Shown one piece after another: positions 1-10,220 of a stretch of DNA of 64,000 nucleotides. Source of the stretch: Podarcis erhardii (taxonomy: Eukaryota); assembly GCA_964252035.1 (NCBI GenBank), contig OZ176205.1; one strand, given 5' to 3'. The notes under the pieces are model-generated. The model was not told the DNA's origin and did not search any database. It saw nothing but the letters and a program-made list of their open reading frames with translations. Each line of letters begins with the position of its first letter. Position 1 is the first letter of the stretch. A program made the translations under genes and the position numbers.

Positions 1-88
1 TCGGACTACCAAGCAAAACTATCAAATCTACTCCAAGATCCTGCCTACAAACCTATAAAAACAGATCCCACCACCTACCTGGAAAAAA

Positions 89-2101
89 ACCACCAAATCC
101 AAAATAAAAGCCTCTCCTATCAGTGAAGAAATCCAGCTAAGAATCATCCCCAGAGAAAAATCATCCAGATGCCCCAAACTCTACGGCCTCCCCAAGATAC
201 ACAAAGAAGGAACACCACTCAGACCAATAGTCAGCTCCATAGGCTCACCTCTACAAAATCTCGCTAAATTTCTCGCCAAGCAACTTCAGCCCTATGCAGA
301 ATCCATCTCTTCACACGTACCAAACTCCTTCCAGTTCATAGAAACAATAAAGAAGCAAAACCTACATCCTAATGACCTACTTGTGAGCTTCGATGTTGTA
401 TCTCTCTTCACACAAGTGCCCATTAATGAAGCCTTGACAGCTATTCAAAACAAATACAATCCCCCCGAATACATCTTGGACCTGACCAACCACTGCCTAA
501 CCAACACGTACTTCATCCACAATGGACAAAGATACAAACAGATAGAAGGAGCACCTATGGGATCACCCCTCTCACCGGTCATCGCAAACCTGTACATGGA
601 ACACTTTGAAACCAATGCTTTAGACAAGTCAGAACACAAACCCAAACTTTGGCTCAGATATGTTGACGACACCTTTGTAATTTGGCCACACGGGAAAGAA
701 AAACTGGATAGCTTCCTCACACATCTCAACAACTTACACCCCAAAATACAATTCACTATGGAAATAGAAGCCAACAACCAACTTCCCTTCCTTGACGTCC
801 TAATCTACAAAAAACCTGATGGCTCCCTAGGACACACTATCTACCGGAAAAAAACACACACCAACCGCTACTTACATGCACAATCACACCACCACCCTGC
901 ACAAATAAACTCCGTAGCCAAGACTCTCATCTCCAGAACCAAACGCCTGGCTGACAAAGACCACTTGACAACTGAGTTACAGAATCTCTCAAACGTGTTA
1001 ATTGCCAATGGATACCAGCAAAACAGGATTACGAAGCTAATCCAAAAGGAAACACCCCCCAAAAACCAAGACACAGAAGAAAACAATGGCATGGCCCTCC
1101 TTCCTTATATCAAGGGCACTACAGATAAAATTAGCAAAATCCTCCATAAACACAATATCAAAACAGCCTTTTGCACCAACCAAAAAATAGCCAATATCCT
1201 CAGAAACCCCAAGGATAAAATCCAGTTGGAAAACCAAGGGATCTATGAAATACCCTGCAAAGTCTGCCCAGCCACGTACATTGGACAAACAAACAGACGA
1301 ATAAATGCACGTATCGCAGAACACAAGAATGCCGTCAAAAAAGAAGAAAAAACTTCCTCTCTTTTCCAACACATGAAAGAAACAGGACACGAAATTAATT
1401 TTGCAGATTCCAAATTGCTCTTTAACACGGAACATCACCACAAGAGAATAATCATGGAAGCCATCGAGATAGAGAAACACCCTCACAACATGAACAAGCG
1501 TGACGACACATCCCGCTTGCCAGACATCTGGAAATTAGCCCTCCCCACAAAAACTGACACCAGATCCAGAGGCACACAGAACGCCAACACCAATCAACCA
1601 CACCAGACCCAAACCCAGACCCTCTCCACAGATGAATTACAGACACCATCCAGTAGCCAATCCATGGTGGCACCTCCGGATGCTGCACCCCCCTGCAATC
1701 CCTACACAGATCTGGCTGACACAAGCCACAAAACCACAGCTCGCCCCTATACACGAAGCCAAGCCAGAGCACAACTAAGTACAGTACAGCCATCTTCTCA
1801 GGAAAACTCTTCACAAAGTTCAAGAGGTCAAGACACAAAGACTTTAACAACTAATCCACACCTAATGACCCACCTAAGTGGTACTCAGGATATCACTCAA
1901 GAAATCACTCAAGATATCTCTCAAGTAATTAAGGAACAAAAGAAGAAAAGGCACACTAGCCTGGGAACTTCCTCTCTGCCCAGAACATTGGAGGCTATAC
2001 ACCACACCCCCTCTACAGTATTTATAGGAACTCAAACACTGAGATCCTGCTCTGTTCCAGTAACAAGAAGCCGAAAGCACCAGCCTGAAGATGACGAGTG
2101 A
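89..2101 (+). CDS. PLE polyprotein (reverse transcriptase + GIY-YIG endonuclease + ~185-aa S/T/Q/P-rich extension); partial, one frameshift just upstream
   Basis: The listed ORF 383..2101 extends upstream without a stop to the A7 run. RT and GIY-YIG catalytic motifs are intact. Confidence 0.85.
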   Translation, partial: TTKSKIKASPISEEIQLRIIPREKSSRCPKLYGLPKIHKEGTPLRPIVSSIGSPLQNLAKFLAKQLQPYAESISSHVPNSFQFIETIKKQNLHPNDLLVSFDVVSLFTQVPINEALTAIQNKYNPPEYILDLTNHCLTNTYFIHNGQRYKQIEGAPMGSPLSPVIANLYMEHFETNALDKSEHKPKLWLRYVDDTFVIWPHGKEKLDSFLTHLNNLHPKIQFTMEIEANNQLPFLDVLIYKKPDGSLGHTIYRKKTHTNRYLHAQSHHHPAQINSVAKTLISRTKRLADKDHLTTELQNLSNVLIANGYQQNRITKLIQKETPPKNQDTEENNGMALLPYIKGTTDKISKILHKHNIKTAFCTNQKIANILRNPKDKIQLENQGIYEIPCKVCPATYIGQTNRRINARIAEHKNAVKKEEKTSSLFQHMKETGHEINFADSKLLFNTEHHHKRIIMEAIEIEKHPHNMNKRDDTSRLPDIWKLALPTKTDTRSRGTQNANTNQPHQTQTQTLSTDELQTPSSSQSMVAPPDAAPPCNPYTDLADTSHKTTARPYTRSQARAQLSTVQPSSQENSSQSSRGQDTKTLTTNPHLMTHLSGTQDITQEITQDISQVIKEQKKKRHTSLGTSSLPRTLEAIHHTPSTVFIGTQTLRSCSVPVTRSRKHQPEDDE

Positions 2102-2138
2102 GACCTCGTCGAAACGTCGCCTAGACACCCCAGCTTTT
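2073..2138 (+). ncRNA. Minimal type I hammerhead ribozyme motif in the PLE 3' pseudo-LTR
   Basis: Core CUGAAGA 2085-2091, extra U 2092, helix II GACGAG(2093-98)/CUCGUC(2105-10) with loop UGAGAC, GAAA 2111-14, palindromic ACGU 2114-17, cleavage triplet GUC 2116-18. Proximal helix I is only 2 bp; a distal pairing GAAAGC(2073-78)/GCUUUU(2133-38) is possible. Confidence 0.8.
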
Positions 2139-2172
2139 ACACGGGAAGACACCCGAGGACACCAAAACCTGC

Positions 2173-2196
2173 ATATATATATATATATATATATAT
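2173..2196. repeat. (AT)12 microsatellite at the PLE 3' terminus
   Basis: Read directly; GC(AT)12GC is self-complementary. Confidence 0.95.
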
Positions 2197-2568
2197 GCGC
2201 CTTTTTTTGCTTTTTAAAACCACACCCTTTGCCACCCTTATTTCTATATTGTGAGGGTCAGGTGGTGGTTCCCGATTAAACACATAGAACTGCAGCCACT
2301 ACAGCTAGACCGGTCCAGACTGTCAGCTGCTGATTGACTGTGAACCTTCATCACTGCAGGTACGTTTCATAAAAAGTCCAGCTGACCGACTTGTTTCGCA
2401 GCTGATAAAGACATAGGAAGTACCACAGAAAGAGGTGTCGACCCTGCTTGGAGCTGGTTGATTTTGAATGCCAAAGTTTGACCCACGTTTGAGGATGACG
2501 CTACATGTTAACACAGGCTAGATCTCCCAAAGTTTTTATTTTCACTTAAAAGCAGTTGCAGGAGGAAA

Positions 2569-2768
2569 GGACTGAGTGGACCAAAGCTCAGTGGCAGAGC
2601 ACCTGTTTTGTCTTCAAAAAGTCTGAGATTTAATCTCTGCCATCTTCCGCCCTGGTAGGATTGGGAAAGATCCCTGTCTGAAACTCTGGAGAGCTTTTGC
2701 CCATCAGTATAAATACTACTGATTTAGATGAACCAATAGTCTGCCGTGGTGTAGGGCAGCTTCCTATG
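2569..2768 (+). mobile_element. Degenerate tRNA-head squamate SINE
   Basis: A-box-like AGCTCAGTGG and tail ACCAATAGTCTG..AGGCAGCTTCCTATG; shares head and tail with the copy at ~31930-32105. Confidence 0.55.
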
Positions 2769-5700
2769 ATGAGAGCAGGAGGGACTTAGCCCTTTCCAGT
2801 AACACCATTTCCCGCTATCTGAATGTCTCCCCTCACTCCTTAGGCTGCTATTTGCCTTGCAGGGAATCTACATAGGTTCAAAAGTGGCAAATAGCAACTG
2901 GGGGTGGGATTTAGATCAGGAAAACGGCACTGGGGAAAATGTTCACCTCTCTTCCCCCACTCCACTGCTCTCATGCAGTTCAGACCACCACCACCCCATA
3001 CCCTGCAGCTGTTTTTTTAGCACTGCAAAACACTGAGAGAGCTTATCTCCTCCTACATAATGTGTGCAGTTTGACCCTAAGCAGGAAATGTGGATTGGAC
3101 AACCGCTGATAAGTCAGGATTCTTTATCGCATGGGTCATGTTAATAATAATAAATCTGGCCTCTAGCACGGTTTGCACTGATAGATCCTGAAGCTTAGAG
3201 ACGTGAGATTCTAAAAATAACAAGTCTACTTCACCCCCTTCTTTCTGAGCCTTCCTTAACCTTGCACACCCTTGGTTAAGACAGAAATCTATTCTTGCCT
3301 CACCTCGGGCCTTGTGAAAAATAGCATTACTGTCATATGCATATAAATGGCTTTCTTTGCTGCTGTGTTTCATGCTGTAAAGTATTTGTTTTCACAACTG
3401 GCATCACTTTTAGCAACAAAAATGAGGCTATGAGCTTGCAGCCATTGCATCACCCAGCAGCTACATTTTAAAGTCCCACTGATTTCAGTGGAAGAGATTT
3501 GTAATGGAAGATATTTTAAGCACACGCTTACCATTCCTGGTGAACTAAATGAGACTTTAACTGAGCAATCCTATACACCATTTTGGGGGGCAGGGAGATG
3601 CTGCTGCTACACCTACACAAACAGTTGTGAAAGCCCACTCTTGCCCAGTTCAGGAGCAGCTGAGACAACACAAAGTCCTATCATAACCAACACTTCAACA
3701 CGGTGATATAAGCTGGGAGGTTGGCAGGCTGGAGAGGGTTTCATGGTTTTTGGGTGTTTTTCCTGCCTTGCATAAGCGGAAGTGTTTTCTATTACCACAA
3801 AACTGCCATTGAATTCAACCTAATATTATACGTGCACAGTCCAGCTCAATCTGATCCAGACTGTATTTTAACATAGTCATTACCAGAGGCCTTGGTCACT
3901 TCACATGCATATTTTTCCAGTGAGCTACTCTAACAATCCCAGCAACTCAGGTTTCTTTTGTGCCAACCTCGGTGCAACATGGGATCTGTCTTGCTGTGCT
4001 GAAATCAACAGCAACTTCTCCATGGAGCTTTCCTTTGGGGGACATCACTGATGATTCCACTCAGACCCTCAATGAACCACTCTCCAATACAGAGGGTGCT
4101 GACCGGGTTGCCAGCTGGCCAGATAAAACAGCTTTGCTTGCTCATGTGCTTTCGACAGCCACTTGATCTGCAGAAATCAGCAGGGAAGGCTTTCATTGGG
4201 AGAAAGAAATCAATAGTACCTGCTGCTATCTGCACATCAAACTGCTCTCAAAGGAGGGACGGGGAACCTGTGGCCCTGTGGATGTTGTTGGACTCCAACT
4301 TCCTTCAGCCCCAGCCATCATAGTTACCAGTATTGCCGAGGGTTGGTGGGAGTTGGGCCATAGGTGGCCCGTCCCTGTGTTAGGGAGACAGCAGCCCATC
4401 AAAGAAGCTGGCAAACTTAAAAGATGAATCTTGGGGATCTGTGATTCCAATTATGAAATTGTCATCTACTGAGCCCTCTGCATCCCTGTTGTTGGCCAAT
4501 GCCTGGGTCATCGTCATATTACCAAAACTGAGAATTTTGTTTAACATCTAAGCACCGGCTGTGATCAGAACAACAAACAGTGGTGCAAAACACTACTGCT
4601 GCTTGATTGTCTGCCAGCAATGCACTCAGTTAACCTGCCTCCCTTCTTATCCTTGTTGACAAGATTAATATCGGGCATTTTGTCTGAAATGGAGCCTCAG
4701 TTCAGGCCCATTTATCCTCTTTCCCATTAGCAAGACATTCTCTGAGCTCTTTATCAGGAGCTGGCAGATGGGGGCTGTATTTATCATGCCTGCCCAGAAA
4801 CTCAGTCAGCTTTGGGCGAAATAGCAGAGCCTGTCAGATTCAGCCTAACTACAGGTGTGCTCGGTTTCTCCTCCTAGAAAAGTAAAATGCACACACATGC
4901 AAAAAAGAAAAGAAAATCCCATAGTGGTACTTGAGCCAACCAAGCACCCAAAGTCAAACATTTGGTGAGTAGGCTGAACAAATGATCAGTGGGAGCAAGC
5001 AACTGGCACTGAGCCTGATTTGGGGTGGGGTGTTAGGCTCTTCCCAACGCAGCAAGCATAGGGCTGGCAACACCCCTTGCGCAGTGGTTCCCAAGCACCC
5101 AACATCCCCCCTATCAACCATGTGATGTCATAATCACACCATGCAGCTGACGGATGAGTTGTTAACCTGTCCTGCTCGAAGCCAAACAGTTCCCCCATCT
5201 CTTTGTAAGAGGGTAGGACAGTGGGCCTGAACCCCAGTTCTACATATATATAACTTCGCTTACACTAAAGCACAGTATTCATCATCTTAATTTGCCCGGT
5301 AGTGTCTATACATATAAATTAACATGTGAATGTTATTTTTTAAAAAATGTGTCTTGGGCCTGTGCCCCAAGTCCTTTAAGTAGCTTCTAGCAATGTCCCT
5401 GGAGCCAGGGTCCCATCCTTGGAATGAAGAGGAGCCCAAGGCTGTGCATGCAGCAGAGTGAGATGGCAGAGTAGACTGTGCAGCATGAATGCAGAATGTC
5501 CTCCAATTGCCCCTCTTCTGTCTGGGTAGCTGCCTTTTCCGATCCCTTCTTTGGTGGAAATCCCATGGCCCTATCATCTCAATTTTTAGGAAGCAACTAA
5601 CTACATTCCCTCCCCACTTCTTACTTATTTAGGAATACAGCAGCTGATGCCCAACATAGGCATCACATATCAAACACCTACACAAGTTAGATAAATATAT

Positions 5701-8700
5701 ATATGCATACAGCCCTGCGTTGTTATTATTTTTACACCCAATAACTTAATGATGCCAAAAATGATACCTTTTGAAACAAATAAACTGGCATGCAATGTAT
5801 TCTTTTAAAGGTACTTGCTGATTTCCCCACCCGCACCCCAAACTTTCCTCCCCTGAGCGTGCATCTCTGTGTGTGTACATATAATTTATGGAGCTGAATG
5901 TGCAGCTGGCTTTTTTTTCTGACTCACCAAAAGAGAGGTGGGGCAGGGAGCTGTATGCTATTTGGAATAGAAGGATACAGCACAGCTCCTGCTTTGTCTC
6001 TGCCTGTGTCTACATGTGAAGAGCAGTAAGGAAACTGATAGGAATGAAACATGTTGTTGGAGGGGTAGACTACTCCTGCAAAGGGAGGCTCTGTTGATAG
6101 GCTTATGCTGCAAGGAAAGAGATGTGAGAGCTCTCTCTCTCTGTGGGGGGGGGGGTATGCCAGTTATGCACACACACATGCACAGGAAACAGCTGTAAAT
6201 AAATAAATGAATGGGTGAGAGTCTTGCATGGAGTCCATAGGCTTCCCATGAAAAGGATTTGAGTGCTGTTGTTGAAGCAATGTCTCCAGGGAGACAAACT
6301 TCCATTAATACTGCCTATGTACAACACATATGCACTGCTGTCTCTGCAATGTCAATCTGCACTTTGCAGCGGAGAACTGTGGTTGTCCTGCATTTGGAGA
6401 GACAACAGAATCAACTTCATCCATTCCATTCACAAAGGGCAATCTTCCGCAGTGAACTATGTACCGAACCAAGGTCAGACTTGAATGGTCACAGCCACAA
6501 GATGTCACTGTTGCCTTACCTGTGTGCATCCACTTGGGCTTGAAGCACAATTACCTGCTTAGTGGGCTTCATCCTATGCCACTCCAGGGCCATTTTGAAG
6601 TAGAATTTGGAACCAGGTGGGCAGGCCCATTGGGACACCTTAGCATTCAAAAACAGCTGTCTTCCCAAGCTATAGTAATTCTGAATTGGGCTTTATTCAA
6701 CCCACACTAAAGGAAAGAGCAGTTTACATTTGTCATTGAAAACAGCCTCTCTGAAGTGATTGCTCGCCAGCCAAGCCAACCATATCTTTCAGATGTACAG
6801 CTTATAAGTATTGAGGCTGTCACATTGTGAGTTTCCCACACTGTCCATTGTAGCCACGATGACAAATCTTTTGCATCATCCTTTAGAAAACAGAACTGAC
6901 TTGTGTTAGCTTGATATTGATGGCATGGATTATTATTTTTAAACTTACTCCCTAATGGAAAGCACTAATGAGTCCTTGCTTTGAAACATTAATATGTTTT
7001 AAATTAATAATCTCTTACCGCAATGGATTGCACAATTGCTTTCATTTCATTTTCAAATGACCTAAGGCAGGGGTGGAAACCTGTGGGCCATTTATTACCC
7101 CCCCTCCCCCAGTACTTTTTTTACCTCCAAGATTCCCAACCGCAAATGACTTCCTCCAAAGAATTCTAGAAACTGTAGTTTACACCTCACAGAGCTACAA
7201 TTCGCAGCACCCTTGAACTATGGTTCCCAGGACTCTTTTGGTGAGGAAGGTGCTTCAAATTATTGCTACCATAAAAAAAAAATGTTGCCAACAAAAGGTC
7301 AAAGGGGCAGGAGACCTCTAAGGTGCCCTGAAGATAATTTCTGGGTTAAGACAGTGAGCCCCACAAAAAACTCTGGGGCACACTTTGGAGCAATCTGATA
7401 CAGGTGTAAAAAGAGTACTCTTAAAACTCCAGTGCACATGTACGTGTCTACCTTCAACGTGACTTTTCTCATTTGTAAGCACCCAATGGGGCTGTGTTGG
7501 GTAATGCCTTAAGTGCCTGGAGTGTGTGCACCATTAATGCCAAGTACCATTCAGTCGAGTAGCATTTCAGATTGCTTGATGCATTCACCTGAAGATGTGT
7601 TCATGTCACTTGATGAGGAGTACGGTATCTCTCCATCTTGAGGTTTGGCATTTTCTCTTGATTTGCTTTGCCGGGGCCTGAAATTGATTACCTCAGCTAA
7701 ACCCACATACATCGCAGTACATAATGTGCAAGGTTTTGAACTCCTTTGATCGGAGATTATGTTTTATATCAACCAATATAAAATGGAGCTGCTTTGTTTA
7801 TGCTGAACAAATACGAAAACATAGGGATAAGCCCGGAGAGCATACCCAGATCATAGCGAAAACTAGTAAGGGGAGCTAGAATGATATCAGGCATTTGCTA
7901 AGGAATACAAGTGGGGAGGAGATACCTAGAGTTGGGGTTACAAGGCTCTGGGAAATCACAAAACAGTGGGGAAACAGTGGCAATTTTCAGGCTTTGCTTC
8001 TGTTTTGTATTTTGCATTGTAACAGATTTTTTCTGCGTGTGACCTACAGAAAATGAATTGACTTGACATCTGCTTAATCAGATTGCATTAAGTAGAAGTA
8101 TTTGACTTTAAGCCAATTTACCCATTCCACGGGAGCTGTAAATATCTGAAAACTTGTGGGCACTCTGAGATGTTCTTATAAGAGGTAGAAACCCCACCAC
8201 ACAGTTGAACAGTTGTAAAAGTTAGAACCATGGCTGCTCTCCCTATAGCCAGGCAATCCCCAATCCTAAATCTGTTATTTAACTACAGGAGGGAATGACA
8301 AGGGAAAGGTTCTAGAATATTTCAGAGAGTGCTCTTCCACATATGAGCTCCCTCACCTATTAAGATGATCAGGAAAGCTCCCCTGCCCCCGTGTATCCTA
8401 TGCTCAACAGGACTGCTGTGGAATGGAGCAGGGCCTTCTCAGTAGTGGCCCTGAGGCTTTTGAATTGTCTCCAAATTCACCTCCATAAATAATAAAGGAG
8501 TCGTGCATCTGTTCAGGCCTTTGGTAGCTAGGAGGAGAGGAGTGAGTCTGCTGTTTTTGACATTTCAGTCAAAATGGACTGGGTTGGTTTTTCAACTTCC
8601 ATTCATAAAGGTCAGCCCACAGTGCTGCCCCCACATATTGACATCTTCTCAGTTGGGTAATAGCCAGAAGCACAAAACAATCACTGCAGCATTTGCTGCT

Positions 8701-9050
8701 TCATTTGTGGTACTGTTAGGTTAGAGCCTTCAGCTGCTTCACTGCAGTTGCTTGCCCAGTCTGAGCATAACCCTCCATGCCCTCTGGAAATTAAAGATTA
8801 GCTCAGTTTCCTTTCAGGCCGCTCACTTCCAACACTGGTTTTGTTAGGGGACTGAGGTACAGTGTGTTATGGCTAGTGATGAAGAAGTTTTCAGTTCTCC
8901 CATGTTCTTCTAGATGCAGAACCGAACTCAAGAAAATAGGAGGCCTTGCAGGGCCCAGACCGTGAGCAAGGGAACAAGTTGTTAGTATTATCAGCAACCT
9001 TTAAGAACATGTGAAGCAGGTCTGTTTGTTGGACATGAATTTACTGGGAG

Positions 9051-10178
9051 TCATGTACTTTCAAAATCTGAGATAGGCGAGGATGATGGGAACACAACAT
9101 TTTCAATAACAGGCTGCTCTTCTAGCTCAAAAAGGGGTGGCAAAATAGCCCCACCTGGCTCTTCCTCTGGATTGGGAGGAGTTAGAAACATGACACCTTC
9201 TTGGTCAGGATTCTCAAAAGTGAGAGAAGGCAACAGGGGAGAGGCATCTTTTTCAGCATTCTCAAAAGTGGGAGAAGGCAACAGGGGAGAGTCATCTTTT
9301 TCAGCATTCTCCAAAGTGGGAGAAGGCAAGAGGGGAGAGTCATCTTTTTCAGGATTCTCCAAAGTGATAGAAGGCAACAGGGGAGAGTCATCTTTTGGGG
9401 AGTCCGGAACAGAAAGGACTGTGACTTCTTTTTCCTGCTTGGTCTCGCCATCGCCTTTAGGAAAAGAATCCTGTTTCTTCTTCCTTCTACGACGGAAGTA
9501 CCAGCAGCAGCTGCACAGAGACAGGGAATCTTTATTACCATAAGGCATGTGGATCTTAGTAGGCACCCCTCCCATACAGCTCTGGTTGCCCAGAACCCCA
9601 CGAGCAAAATACAGGAAGGGACACATATAAGGAATATGGAAGCCAGATGCATAGGAAAGTGGTAACATCCCCCTTGCCCAAGAACTCTGTTGGGTTAGGG
9701 CAGGGGTAGGCAACCTAAGGCTCAATCGCCTTCTCATGGACAGTCTGGGAATCAGCATGTTTTTACATGAGTAGAATGTGTCCTTTTATTTTAAATGCAT
9801 ATCTGGGTTATTAGTGGGGCCTGCCTGGTGTTTTTATATGAGTGGAATGTGTGCTTTTATTTAAAATGCATCTCTGGGTTATTTGTGGGGCATAGGAATT
9901 CATTCATTATTATTTTTTTCAAAATATAGTCCGGCCAACCACATGGTCTGAGGGACGGTGGACCGGCCCAAGGCTGAAAAAGGTTGCTGACCCCTGGGTT
10001 AGGGTATGCTGGTTGGGGTATCCTGGCCAGGATCAGGTGGTGGTTACTGAAAAGTGATAATAATCAAATTGTAGAAGGCATGTGGGGAAACTATGCAAGG
10101 GGGCTGTATTCAGAGGAAGGGCAAAGGTGGAATGAAAGCAATACCTGTTTGGTGCACTCTAGTCCCAGAAGCCAGGAA

Positions 10179-10220
<42 letters not shown>

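Larger units (their letters stand above)
1..2170 (+). mobile_element. Penelope-like retroelement (Penelope/Poseidon-type), 5' part outside the window, near-intact
   Basis: Frame 1 from nt 1 reads SDYQAKLSNLLQDPAYKPIKTDPTTYLEK. After a +1 shift in the A7 run (83-89), frame 2 stays open to TGA 2099-2101. RT motifs: KLYGLPKIHK..PLRPIVS, SFDVVSLFT, GAPMGSPLSPVIAN, RYVDD. GIY-YIG endonuclease: GIYEIPCKVCPATYIGQT..RIAEH..QH..GH..MEAIEI..NMNKRDD. The short RT-EN linker has no extra Zn finger. The 3' end has a hammerhead motif and abuts (AT)12. Confidence 0.95.

Noticed and set aside
445-1850. Minus-strand ORFs 445-777, 868-1092, 1037-1486 and 1452-1850
   Set aside because: Antisense shadows of the PLE RT/EN ORF, with no recognisable motifs.
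9172-9665. Several 120-156 aa ORFs and a regularly spaced repeat that could suggest a CRISPR array
   Set aside because: These are contiguous 48-bp tandem units with no unique spacers, in a vertebrate exon. The extra ORFs are alternative frames of the minisatellite.
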